Notes: generated by a model from the sequence alone, not told the origin. Positions 1-11,444 are shown, counted from the first letter of the stretch. The stretch: 43,102 nucleotides of DNA from Nemertoderma westbladi (GCA_032718475.1 JAUCBJ010006384.1:1-43102), one strand, 5' to 3'. Made by a program: numbers and translations.

Positions 1-2529
1 AGTCGTTCTTACAAGTTCTATAAAGTAAGTTAATTAGTCGTTCTTACAAGTTCTATAAAGTAAGTTAATTAGTCGTTCTTACAAGTTCTATAAAGTAAGT
101 TAATTAGTCGTTCTTACAAGTTCTATAAAGTAAGTTAATTAGTCGTTCTTACAAGTTCTATAAAGTAAGTTAATTAGTCGTTCTTACAAGTTCTATAAAG
201 TAAGTTAATTAGTCGTTCTTACAAGTTCTATAAAGTAAGTTAATTAGTCGTTCTTACAAGTTCTATAAAGTAAGTTAATTAGTCGTTCTTACAAGTTCTA
301 TAAAGTAAGTTAATTAGTCGTTCTTACAAGTTCTATAAAGTAAGTTAATTAGTCGTTCTTACAAGTTCTATAAAGTAAGTTAATTAGTCGTTCTTACAAG
401 TTCTATAAAGTAAGTTAATTAGTCGTTCTTACAAGTTCTATAAAGTAAGTTAATTAGTCGTTCTTACAAGTTCTATAAAGTAAGTTAATTAGTCGTTCTT
501 ACAAGTTCTATAAAGTAAGTTAATTAGTCGTTCTTACAAGTTCTATAAAGTAAGTTAATTAGTCGTTCTTACAAGTTCTATAAAGTAAGTTAATTAGTCG
601 TTCTTACAAGTTCTATAAAGTAAGTTAATTAGTCGTTCTTACAAGTTCTATAAAGTAAGTTAATTAGTCGTTCTTACAAGTTCTATAAAGTAAGTTAATT
701 AGTCGTTCTTACAAGTTCTATAAAGTAAGTTAATTAGTCGTTCTTACAAGTTCTATAAAGTAAGTTAATTAGTCGTTCTTACAAGTTCTATAAAGTAAGT
801 TAATTAGTCGTTCTTACAAGTTCTATAAAGTAAGTTAATTAGTCGTTCTTACAAGTTCTATAAAGTAAGTTAATTAGTCGTTCTTACAAGTTCTATAAAG
901 TAAGTTAATTAGTCGTTCTTACAAGTTCTATAAAGTAAGTTAATTAGTCGTTCTTACAAGTTCTATAAAGTAAGTTAATTAGTCGTTCTTACAAGTTCTA
1001 TAAAGTAAGTTAATTAGTCGTTCTTACAAGTTCTATAAAGTAAGTTAATTAGTCGTTCTTACAAGTTCTATAAAGTAAGTTAATTAGTCGTTCTTACAAG
1101 TTCTATAAAGTAAGTTAATTAGTCGTTCTTACAAGTTCTATAAAGTAAGTTAATTAGTCGTTCTTACAAGTTCTATAAAGTAAGTTAATTAGTCGTTCTT
1201 ACAAGTTCTATAAAGTAAGTTAATTAGTCGTTCTTACAAGTTCTATAAAGTAAGTTAATTAGTCGTTCTTACAAGTTCTATAAAGTAAGTTAATTAGTCG
1301 TTCTTACAAGTTCTATAAAGTAAGTTAATTAGTCGTTCTTACAAGTTCTATAAAGTAAGTTAATTAGTCGTTCTTACAAGTTCTATAAAGTAAGTTAATT
1401 AGTCGTTCTTACAAGTTCTATAAAGTAAGTTAATTAGTCGTTCTTACAAGTTCTATAAAGTAAGTTAATTAGTCGTTCTTACAAGTTCTATAAAGTAAGT
1501 TAATTAGTCGTTCTTACAAGTTCTATAAAGTAAGTTAATTAGTCGTTCTTACAAGTTCTATAAAGTAAGTTAATTAGTCGTTCTTACAAGTTCTATAAAG
1601 TAAGTTAATTAGTCGTTCTTACAAGTTCTATAAAGTAAGTTAATTAGTCGTTCTTACAAGTTCTATAAAGTAAGTTAATTAGTCGTTCTTACAAGTTCTA
1701 TAAAGTAAGTTAATTAGTCGTTCTTACAAGTTCTATAAAGTAAGTTAATTAGTCGTTCTTACAAGTTCTATAAAGTAAGTTAATTAGTCGTTCTTACAAG
1801 TTCTATAAAGTAAGTTAATTAGTCGTTCTTACAAGTTCTATAAAGTAAGTTAATTAGTCGTTCTTACAAGTTCTATAAAGTAAGTTAATTAGTCGTTCTT
1901 ACAAGTTCTATAAAGTAAGTTAATTAGTCGTTCTTACAAGTTCTATAAAGTAAGTTAATTAGTCGTTCTTACAAGTTCTATAAAGTAAGTTAATTAGTCG
2001 TTCTTACAAGTTCTATAAAGTAAGTTAATTAGTCGTTCTTACAAGTTCTATAAAGTAAGTTAATTAGTCGTTCTTACAAGTTCTATAAAGTAAGTTAATT
2101 AGTCGTTCTTACAAGTTCTATAAAGTAAGTTAATTAGTCGTTCTTACAAGTTCTATAAAGTAAGTTAATTAGTCGTTCTTACAAGTTCTATAAAGTAAGT
2201 TAATTAGTCGTTCTTACAAGTTCTATAAAGTAAGTTAATTAGTCGTTCTTACAAGTTCTATAAAGTAAGTTAATTAGTCGTTCTTACAAGTTCTATAAAG
2301 TAAGTTAATTAGTCGTTCTTACAAGTTCTATAAAGTAAGTTAATTAGTCGTTCTTACAAGTTCTATAAAGTAAGTTAATTAGTCGTTCTTACAAGTTCTA
2401 TAAAGTAAGTTAATTAGTCGTTCTTACAAGTTCTATAAAGTAAGTTAATTAGTCGTTCTTACAAGTTCTATAAAGTAAGTTAATTAGTCGTTCTTACAAG
2501 TTCTATAAAGTAAGTTAATTAGTCGTTCT
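1..2529. repeat. 35-bp minisatellite AGTCGTTCTTACAAGTTCTATAAAGTAAGTTAATT, 72 apparently identical copies, continuing off the left edge
   Basis: Exact 35-bp periodicity from 1 to 2520, no variants seen by eye; partial unit to 2529, then LINE sequence. The unit contains GTAAGT and TTAATTAG. Confidence 0.98.
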
Positions 2530-2534
2530 ATAAA

Positions 2535-3140
2535 GTAGCCTGTCTTTCTTTTTTGATAACTCTTCAATTATCCTTCTAAGTGCCAAAATGGGCTCCATGG
2601 TCCCACGACCTTTACGGAACCCATTCTGATTTCCACGGAGCAGTCTCTCAATGGGATCCCTGATGCGATTTAATAGAATTCTAATGTATAGCTTTGCAGC
2701 AATCGAGATCAATGAGATTCCCCGAAAAGAACCATAGAGTGTTAGGTTGCCCTTCTTGGGAACTGGCACCAACTTATTTGTTTTCATTTCTTGTGGGACT
2801 CTTATTGTTCGGTACATGTCTACTATGATGGGATAGATGAGCTTTAAACACTCAGGTATTTTAAAGACCTCAGGGGGAACACCATCTACTCCACTGGCAC
2901 GATTGGTCTTAATGCTCCTAGCTGCAGTATTAATTTCAGCAAAGCAGATGTGGATATCTGTGAGCACAGACATACACGATGTACCTCAAAGTTTTCAGGC
3001 AATTGTTTAGAAGCTTCTCAAAGTGGGCCTTCCAACCATTGATGCGTTCAGCTGGAGATTCAGCCTTAACCTTGGTGGTTGGTTGGCTTTTCCTCCCATC
3101 CCTGTGAGCAGGTTTATTGATTACAATGTCTGGGCTGATT
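2535..3140 (-). mobile_element. Non-LTR retrotransposon (RTE-like LINE) fragment: linker and N-terminal reverse transcriptase region, truncated
   Basis: ORF 2515-2973 has ASGVDGVPPE, VPVPKKGNL..FRGISLISIAAKLY, QNGFRKGRGT..I.ALRRIIE. Upstream on the minus strand it reads WKAHFEKLLN. It breaks off before the DF.KAFD motif. Confidence 0.9.
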
Positions 3141-3536
3141 GCCTGCTAATAAACTTAATAGTAAAAGTTCAGGTTTCCGTTGCTTAATTGAAATTTGACT
3201 GGCTATATAAATTGCTTTTTTATTATTTAATCTACAAAAATATATTGAAAGTTGAGATTTCGAATTTGTTGGCCGAAGGTTTCGGTTTTCGGATACATTG
3301 CAGTTCTAATTAATTTGGTGTCAAACTGTCAACCCTATAATGAATAATTTACAAAACTTCCTTGTGGAAGGAACTGCGAAGTATAAAACCGCCGACTCAC
3401 AAACTCGAACCCCGTAGTTCCAAATAATATTTGGATTAGATAAGAGACTAAATCCTAGAAGTAGCACCTTTTTTATACCTACAAGTTATAAACTAATAAA
3501 GTAACTATATAAATAATACATGTGTCCAACCAACTA

Positions 3537-4511
3537 CTATAAGTCTGTTATGAGGTCGTCTACACGCGATTTGCATTTATTCTTTGGGAGTTTCCGACGT
3601 TTTGGGAAGGAGGAACCTGTACTGGATGAGTTCGAGTTGCTGCCTCCGGAACCAGGACTGCCTGTCAGACAGGCCGCTGTGTCTGTCCAGGGGGGCAAGG
3701 AGGGAGCACCGAGAGAGCTGGCGAGCCCAGCATCCAGAAACCCGCTGGGTTCCCCCAACGTGCCATCAGAGCGGACGGAGGGCGCCTCCGCACCCAGCAG
3801 GTATCCCCTCGCCGTGGCCCGTTGCTCCTCCGTGTGTAACGGACACCGCAACGTCTTGGAGCAGATCCGGCGCGTGTGTTCGGAAACAACGCCGCACTGC
3901 ACGGCTAGGTGGGCCCGCAGGTCCTCCCGGGAAAGCATACCGGTCCACAGCTGGTCGGGAGGGGACTCCGCCGGGGACAGACACCCTAGATTGGGGTCCC
4001 CGGACCGCAGTCCTCGCACTCGTCGGGACGTAGTACCTCTCATCTTCTTCCCCCTCGTCTCCCCCCACTCGTCGCCCTCCTCCCCCACCCGGTCCGTATC
4101 GCTGCAATCCGCCCCTTTGGTCGCCGTGTGCTTGGCTATCCGTCGACTCGCCAACCTGCTGCTGTTCCGTCCCATCCCCATACACTTCTCGAGATGCGGT
4201 GCGAACCGAATGGCTGCGATACTCCGCGAGCAGTTGGGACAGCTGCACTCGACTTGCTTCCTCGACGGCTCCTGCCCGAATACATCCAACCCAGGCTGGT
4301 TTACAACCCGGAACTCAGACATTTCTTCCTCATCCGTGTCACTCAACTGCAGTTCGAAGTGTCCGAGCTTCACTGACCTATGAACTTTTATACACATTCC
4401 GAAACTAATCTCCTCGACAATATCCCAGAATACAGCGGCAATCTCTTCCGATTCATTAACTTGTTCCGCTTTCCTGACGTTACTAACAGATTCCATATCT
4501 TTCGCGTGCAT
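3537..4511 (-). CDS. ATXN7L3: SAGA deubiquitination module subunit Sgf11 / ataxin-7-like protein 3, single exon, 324 aa
   Basis: N-terminal helix (DIVEEISFGMCIKVHRSVKLG), DVFGQ, Sgf11 zinc finger CSCPNCSRSIAAIRFAPHLEKCMGMGRNSSRLASRRIA, and SCA7 zinc finger QCGVVSEHTRRICSKTLRCPLHTEEQR. Uninterrupted GC-rich ORF ending in TAG. Confidence 0.95.
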   Translation of the reverse strand: MHAKDMESVSNVRKAEQVNESEEIAAVFWDIVEEISFGMCIKVHRSVKLGHFELQLSDTDEEEMSEFRVVNQPGLDVFGQEPSRKQVECSCPNCSRSIAAIRFAPHLEKCMGMGRNSSRLASRRIAKHTATKGADCSDTDRVGEEGDEWGETRGKKMRGTTSRRVRGLRSGDPNLGCLSPAESPPDQLWTGMLSREDLRAHLAVQCGVVSEHTRRICSKTLRCPLHTEEQRATARGYLLGAEAPSVRSDGTLGEPSGFLDAGLASSLGAPSLPPWTDTAACLTGSPGSGGSNSNSSSTGSSFPKRRKLPKNKCKSRVDDLITDL

Positions 4512-4969
4512 TACGACCTGACTATCTATAGCTGTATCTGACCGCTGTATTGGTTACTGTACGTCCTTCCGGTCAGCTGATAATCTACCTAATATACTAC
4601 ACATACACTGCAATAACTGAGCTGTCTCGCTTTATAGTACCACCGACTGCATTTGATTAATAACTAACTAATCACTTAACGTAAATATTAGTCATCTTCT
4701 GTCATTTCCCACTCCCTACTGCTGAAATTATCATTTCCGCATTGATTTCTATTTACTGTTGGGTAAATAAATATAAAGGTCAGTGGCCTAAGCTGAATGG
4801 CACACATTGCGAAGGTTAATGACTGTCTGCTTTGATTGTCTGTTAACGTTAACAATATTGCAGTATTGCCATAATATCTCTTTTATTTTAAACTAAATAC
4901 AGTAGCTTTAATTGTAACATGCAACGGACCTTCTCGCAGCGCAGTTATGTAGTTCAGTGTGGGGCGAGC

Positions 4970-5439
4970 CACGAAGTTGGCGGAGCCTTAGCGAATTGAC
5001 ACTGTTAGGGGGTGGGTCAATTTATGTAAATAGTTGTCGTCGTCGTCGTCGTTGTCGTCGTCGTCGTCGTCGTTACGATTTTGACATGCTAATAACTTTG
5101 TCGGATTTAAAGCTGCCAAGTTGAAAATTTGTAGGTATCAATATGAGCAAAAGTTGAGATTTTTGAGAGACTTTCAGACACCATCAGTGCAATGGTCTCC
5201 CGCTAGAGGGCCACATGTCTAAACATTAAATGCCCTCCCATTTCTTTGCTTTTAATCCGTTTAAGCTGAAACTTGGCAGATATGTATTAGACCATTAGCT
5301 GTGACTTTCAAAGGAGGCGAATCTATCTGCAGTTCACCAGTCTGCCGCTAGAGGGCCAACGTGACTATTTGCATAAATTGACCTACCCCTTAACAGTGTA
5401 AATTCGCTAAGGCTCTGCCAACTTCGTGCTGCGCGAAGT
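4970..5439. mobile_element. Non-autonomous MITE/HINE-like element with ~65-bp inverted repeats, internal (GTC)n microsatellite and 3' hairpin
   Basis: 4970-5034 is the reverse complement of 5364-5428 with about 5 mismatches. (GTC)n at ~5035-5073; hairpin ACTTCG-N7-CGAAGT at 5421-5439. Outer ends and target-site duplication not resolved. Confidence 0.7.
5200..5358 (+). promoter_or_regulatory. Two CTCF-like motifs CCGCTAGAGGGCCA (5200-5213, 5345-5358)
   Basis: The same 14-mer occurs twice and fits the CTCF core CC[AG]C[CT]AG[AG]GGGC. The second copy has CTGCAGTTC (5327-5335) at the spacing of the upstream CTCF module. Binding is not shown. Confidence 0.45.
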
Positions 5440-5917
5440 CCCCACTTCGTGTTATACAGGTCTGTTTAGATAGTGGGTTTTATAACACTATCCCTTCTTG
5501 GTACTGTATTCCTTTATTACTTGGTCTACACCGGTCTCCACTCCCATTACCTACAGTAGACAGAGTAGTACTGTCGAAATTACTTTCAACGCATTCAAAT
5601 ATCATCACTTCTACTCCTTTGTCTTCATTGATTGACATTTTAACATTGAGGCGAGATGTTAAATCGCCGAGAGACTCTCAGGAATATAGATTGTCTATTT
5701 TTTTTACTAATACTTAGTTAGGATTTACTTTTATTCCCGGAAAAACAAGGGTATTTAGCAACTTTTATTCCTCGAAATTTCGGATTTTTAGCATGTAATG
5801 AATGCATTGCCTTTTATTCCTAAAAATTTCTTAACGTTTACTAAATATATTTCTATTGAATCATCGGGGAAAAAAACCTGTTTACTTTCAATGTTACAAG
5901 CTATTGATTTCCTACAG

Positions 5918-6068
5918 GGGTGCGGCTTTGGATCGCCGACTCAACGACCGCCAACGCGAAGCGATGCTGGACCAAAAGGATCGCGGCAACGAACTCTTGG
6001 AAATCGACGTGTCGAAGCGCAGGATGGAGAAACAAGGGAACGATGGTGTGGAACAGTTCATAGAGAAG
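5918..6068 (+). CDS. RBM25: RBM25-like splicing factor, internal exon A (GAALDRRLNDRQREAMLDQKDRGNELLEIDVSKRRMEKQGNDGVEQFIEK)
   Basis: Acceptor TTTCCTACAG, donor AAG|GTTTGT. The peptide resembles RBM25 RGSALQKRLRDREKEMEADERDR...RQRLLAEG. Enters in phase 2, exits in phase 0. Confidence 0.85.
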
Positions 6069-9000
6069 GTTTGTAGGGAACGACGGTGTGGAACTGTTCA
6101 TAGAGAAGGTTTGTAGGGAACGACGGTGTGGAACAGTTCATGGAGAAGGTTTGTAGGGAACGACGGTGTGGAACAGTTCATAGAGAAGGTTTGTAGGGAA
6201 CGATGGTGTGGAACAGTTCATAGACAAGGTTTGTAGGGAACGACGGTGTGGAACAGTTTATAGAGAATGTTTGTAGGGAACGACGGTGTGGAACAGTTTA
6301 TAGAGAAGGTTTGTAGGGAACGACGGTGTGGAACAGTTCATAGAGAAGGTTTGTAGGGAACGACGGTGTGGAACAGTTCATAGAGAAGGTTTGTAGGGAA
6401 CGACGGTGTGGAACAGTTTATAGAGAATGTTTGTAGGGAACGACGGTGTGGAACAGTTTATAGAGAAGGTTTGTAGGGAACGACGGTGTGGAACAGTTCA
6501 TAGAGAAGGTTTGTAGGGAACGACGGTGTGGAACAGTTCATGGAGAAGGTTTGTAGGGAACGACGGTGTGGAACAGTTCATAGAGAAGGTTTGTAGGGAA
6601 CGATGGTGTGGAACAGTTCATAGACAAGGTTTGTAGGGAACGACGGTGTGGAACAGTTCATAGAGAAGGTTTGTAGGGAACGACGGTGTGGAACAGTTTA
6701 TAGAGAATGTTTGTAGGGAACGACGGTGTGGAACAGTTTATAGAGAAGGTTTGTAGGGAACGACGGTGTGGAACAGTGCATAGAGAAGGTTTGTAGGGAA
6801 CGACGGAGTGGAACAGTTCATAGAGAAGGTTTGTAGGGAACGACGGTGTGGAACAGTTTATAGATAATGTTTGTAGGGAACGACGGTGTGGAACAGTTTA
6901 TAGAGAAAGTTTGTAGGGAACGACGGTGTGGAACAGTTCACAGAGAAGGTTTGTAGGGAACGACGGTGTGGAACAGTTCATAGAGAAGGTTTGTAGGGAA
7001 CGATGGTGTGGAACAGTTCATAGACAAGGTTTGTAGGGAACGACGGTGTGGAACAGTTCATAGAGAAGGTTTGTAGGGAACGACGGTGTGGAACAGTTTA
7101 TAGAGAATGTTTGTAGGGAACGACGGTGTGGAACAGTTTATAGAGAAGGTTTGTAGGGAACGACGGTGTGGAACAGTTCATAGAGAAGGTTTGTAGGGAA
7201 CGACGGTGTGGAACAGTTCATAGAGAAGGTTTGTAGGGAACGACGGTGTGGAACAGTTCATAGAGAAGGTTTGTAGGGAACGACGGTGTGGAACAGTTCA
7301 TGGAGAAGGTTTGTAGGGAACGACGGTGTGGAACAGTTCATAGAGAAGGTTTGTAGGGAACGATGGTGTGGAACAGTTCATAGACAAGGTTTGTAGGGAA
7401 CGACGGTGTGGAACAGTTTATAGAGAATGTTTGTAGGGAACGACGGTGTGGAACAGTTTATAGAGAAGGTTTGTAGGGAACGACGGTGTGGAACAGTTCA
7501 TAGAGAAGGTTTGTAGGGAACGACGGTGTGGAACAGTTCATAGAGAAGGTTTGTAGGGAACGACGATGTGGAACAGTTTATAGAGAATGTTTGTAGGGAA
7601 CGACGGTGTGGAACAGTTTATAGAGAAGGTTTGTAGGGAACGACGGTGTGGAACAGTTCATAGAGAAGGTTTGTAGGGAACGACGGTGTGGAACAGTTCA
7701 TGGAGAAGGTTTGTAGGGAACGACGGTGTGGAACAGTTCATAGAGAAGGTTTGTAGGGAACGATGGTGTGGAACAGTTCATAGACAAGGTTTGTAGGGAA
7801 CGACGGTGTGGAACAGTTCATAGAGAAGGTTTGTAGGGAACGACGGTGTGGAACAGTTTATAGAGAATGTTTGTAGGGAACGACGGTGTTGAACAGTTTA
7901 TAGAGAAGGTTTGTAGGGAACGACGGTGTGGAACAGTTCATAGAGAAGGTTTGTAGGGAACGACGGTGTGGAACAGTTCATAGAGAAGGTTTGTAGGGAA
8001 CGACGGTGTGGAACAGTTCATAGAGAAGGTTTGTAGGGAACGACGGTGTGGAACAGTTTATAGAGAAGGTTTGTAGGGAACGACGGTGTGGAACAGTTTA
8101 TAGAGAATGTTTGTAGGGAACGATGGTGTGGAACAGTTTATAGAGAATGTTTGTAGGGAACGACGGTGTGGAACAGTTTATAGAGAAGGTTTGTAGGGAA
8201 CGACGGTGTGGAACAGTTCATTGAGAAGGTTTCTAGGGAACGACGGTGTGGAACAGTTCATAGAGAAGGTTTGTAGGGAACGATGGTGTGGAACAGTTCA
8301 TAGACAAGGTTTGTAGGGAACGACGGTGTGGAACAGTTCATAGAGAAGGTTTGTAGGGAACGACGGTGTGGAACAGTTTATAGAGAATGTTTGTAGGGAA
8401 CGACGGTGTGGAACAGTTTATAGAGAAGGTTTGTAGGGAACGACGGTGTGGAACAGTTCATAGAGAAGGTTTGTAGGGAACGACGGTGTGGAACAGTTCA
8501 TAGAGAAGGTTTGTAGGGAACGACGGTGTGGAACAGTTTATAGAGAATGTTTGTAGGGAACGACGGTGTGGAACAGTTTATAGAGAAGGTTTGTAGGGAA
8601 CGACGGTGTGGAACAGTTCATAGAGAAGGTTTGTAGGGAACGACGGTGTGGAACAGTTCATAGAGAAGGTTTGTAGGGAACGATGGTGTGGAACAGTTCA
8701 TAGACAAGGTTTGTAGGGAACGACGGTGTGGAACAGTTCATAGAGAAGGTTTGTAGGGAACGACGGTGTGGAACAGTTTATAGAGAATGTTTGTAGGGAA
8801 CGACGGTGTGGAACAGTTTATAGAGAAGGTTTGTAGGGAACGACGGTGTGGAACAGTTTATAGAGAAGGTTTGTAGGGAACGACGGTGTGGAACAGTTCA
8901 TAGAGAAGCTTTGTAGGGAACGACGGTGTGGAACAGTTCATAGACAACGTTTGTAGGGAACGACGGTGTGGAACAGTTCATAGAGAAGGTTTGTAGGGAA

Positions 9001-9475
9001 CGACGATGTGGAACAGTTCATAGAGAAGGTTTGTAGGGAACGACGGTGTGGAACAGTTCATAGAGAAGGTTTGTAGGGAACGACGGTGTGGAACAGTTCA
9101 TAGAGAAGGTTTGTAGGGAACGACGGTGTGGAACAGTTCATAGAGAAGGTTTGTAGGGAACGACGGTGTGGAACAGTTCATAGAGAAGGTTTGTAGGGAA
9201 CGACGGTGTGGAACAGTTCATAGAGAAGGTTTGTAGGGAACGACGGTGTGGAACAGTTTATAGAGAAGGTTTGTAGGGAACGACGGTGTGGAACAGTTCA
9301 TAGAGAAGGTTTGTAGGGAACGATGGTGTGGAACAGTTCATAGAGAAGGTTTGTAGGGAACGACTGTGTGGAACAGTTCATAGAGAAGGTTTGTAGGGAA
9401 CGACGGTGTGGAACAGTTCATAGAGAAGGTTTGTAGGGAACGACGGTGTGGAACAGTTTATAGAGAAGGTTTGTA
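6035..9475 (+). repeat. 40-bp minisatellite AGGGAACGACGGTGTGGAACAGTTCATAGAGAAGGTTTGT, ~86 copies, made of the exon A 3' end plus its donor site
   Basis: 40-bp periodicity with point variants. The first copy overlaps the coding exon; the last copy continues into unique intron (GTTTGTAACGTC). Confidence 0.97.
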
Positions 9476-9616
9476 ACGTCCCGTCTCCAAGATAGCGTCC
9501 CAGTCGGTTCCACATAATTATTATTGAATTAATTAATTATTATAACTCTGATTATCAATTATTTTCTCTTGTAATTATTTATTCTGGTTGAGATTATCTT
9601 ATTAATTACATTGTAG

Positions 9617-9790
9617 ATGAAAGCGGATGCGGAACGACATTTAGAAACTCCGCCACCGGAACAAAGATTCCATATCTCAGCGCCGGTAACTCCAATTCCC
9701 GAAGAGGTCGCCAGGGGGCGTAGTGTACAATCCAGCGAGTCGCCGGTGATGGAGAGAGAGGGGCGGAGACCCAGACACCGAAAGGAACAG
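9617..9790 (+). CDS. RBM25: RBM25-like internal exon B (MKADAERHLETPPPEQ...GRRPRHRKEQ)
   Basis: Acceptor ACATTGTAG, donor CAG|GTAGGA, phase 0/0. EK|MKADAERH resembles RBM25 QRMEQEAERR. GC-rich relative to the flanking intron. Confidence 0.8.
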
Positions 9791-11077
9791 GTAGGAACGG
9801 TGGTACCTAGGTAGGAACGGTGGAACCAAGGTAGGAACAGTGGAACCAAGGTAGGAACGGTAGAACCAAGGTAGGAACGGTGGAACCAAGGTAGGAACGG
9901 TGGAACCAAAGTAGGAACGGTGGAACCAGGGTAGGAACGGAGGAACCAGGGTAGGAACGGAGGAACCAGGGTAGGAACGGTGGAACCAAGTTAGGAACGG
10001 TGGAACCAAGGTAGGAACGGTGTAACCAAGTTAGGGACGGTGGAACCAAGGTAGGAACGGTGGAACCAAGGTAGGAACGGTGGAACCAAGGTAGGAACGG
10101 TGGAACCAAGGTGGGAACGGTGGAACCAAGGTAGGAACGGTGGAACCAAGGTAGGAACGGTGGAACCAAGGTGGGAACGGTGGAACCAAGTTAGGAACGG
10201 TGTAACCAAGTTAGGGACGGTGGAACCAAGGTAGGAACGGTGGAACCAAGGTAGGAACGGTGGAACCAACGTAGGAACGGTAGAACCAGGGTAGGAACGG
10301 TAGAACCAAGGTAGGAACGGAGGAACCCGGGTAGGAACGGTGGAACCAAGGTGGGAACGGTGGAACCAAGGTAGGAACGGTGGAACCAAGTTAAGAACGG
10401 TAGAACCAAGGTAGGAACGGTGGAACCAAGGTAGGAACGGTAGAACCAAGGTGGGAACGGTGGAACCAAGGTAGGAACGGTAGAACCAAGGTGGGAACGG
10501 TGGAACCAAGGTAGGAACGGTGGAACCAAGGTGGGAACGGTGGAACCAAGGTAGGAACGGTGGAACCAAGGTGGGAACGGTGGAACCAAGGTGGGAACGG
10601 TGGAACCAAGGTAGGAACGGTGGAACCAAGGTGGGAACGGTGGAACCAAGGTAGGAACGGTGGAACCAAGGTAGGAACGGTGGAACCAAGGTAGGAACGG
10701 TGGAACCAAGGTAGGAACGGTGGAACCAAGGTGGGAACGGTGGAACCAAGGTAGGAACGGTGGAACCAAGGTAGGAACGGTAGAACCAAGGTGGGAACGG
10801 TGGAACCAAGGTAGGAACGGTGGAACCAAGGTGGGAACGGTGGAACCAAGGTAGGAACGGTGGAACCAAGGTAGGAACGGTGGAACCAAGGTAGGAACGG
10901 TGGAACCAAGGTAGGAACGGTGGAACCAAGGTAGGAACGGTGGAACCAAGGTAGGAACGGTGGAACCAAGGTAGGAACGGTGGAACCAAAGTAGGAACGG
11001 TGGAACCAGGGTAGGAACGGTGGAACCAAGGTAGGAACGGTGGAACAAAGGTGGGAACGGTGGAACCAAGGTAGGAA
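9791..11077 (+). repeat. 20-bp minisatellite GTAGGAACGGTGGAACCAAG, ~64 copies, starting exactly at the exon B donor
   Basis: 20-bp periodicity. Most units begin GT and end AG, giving AG|GT at most junctions. Confidence 0.97.
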
Positions 11078-11247
11078 GTATCTTATCGGTTAACTAACTT
11101 ATCGGTTTTGTTTGCTTTTAAAATTATCTACTGCTGTACACAATTGTTACCTACCGGTAAGGTTTTTTCTTAACTCGCTTGACTAATTAAAATAAAAATG
11201 ATTAATATTTTATGATATTTCAAGTCTGTGTTGTTATGTTACTATAG

Positions 11248-11444
11248 CGACGAACACCAAGGCGCCGGTCAACCAGTCATGACAGACAAATCCCATCAGC
11301 CGTTTCCCAGGCAACCGCCATACCGACCAATGATGATGACGTCATAGGAGCAGACAAACCAGTCGCTCAGCCTAACTTTGTGCCTGCGTTCAGAGTCGCA
11401 GATATGGGGGGAGTTACCATGCCAACCGCGGTCACTGTCCCACA
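11248..11444 (+). CDS. RBM25: RBM25-like internal exon C (RRTPRRRSTSHDRQIPSAV...DMGGVTMPTAVTVP)
   Basis: Acceptor GTTACTATAG, donor CA|GTAAGT. Open when entered in phase 0 from exon B; exits in phase 2, matching exon D. Assigned by phase continuity rather than a recognised motif. Confidence 0.75.

Noticed and set aside
1-2520. 35-bp repeat as a CRISPR array or telomere
   Set aside because: Units are head-to-tail with no unique spacers, there are no cas genes, the context is eukaryotic, and there is no G-rich telomeric motif.
3520-4408. Overlapping ORFs 3520-4383(+), 3584-4033(+), 3665-3889(-), 3766-4248(-), 4128-4376(+), 4199-4408(+)
   Set aside because: Shadow frames of the GC-rich ATXN7L3 coding sequence with no recognisable motifs.
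5798-6116. ORFs 5798-6076 and 5856-6116 as standalone genes
   Set aside because: Only 5918-6068 in the 5856 frame is supported as an exon; the rest is intron or repeat.
6077-9468. 40-mer units as an array of alternative 32-nt microexons (AG|32 nt|GT)
   Set aside because: The intervening GTTTGTAG is only 8 nt, there is no branch point or pyrimidine tract, and 32 nt breaks the frame.
9559-11069. Long minus-strand ORFs with VPPFLPWFHRSYLGST repeats
   Set aside because: Translation of the 20-bp minisatellite, which largely lacks stops on that strand; starts are non-ATG.
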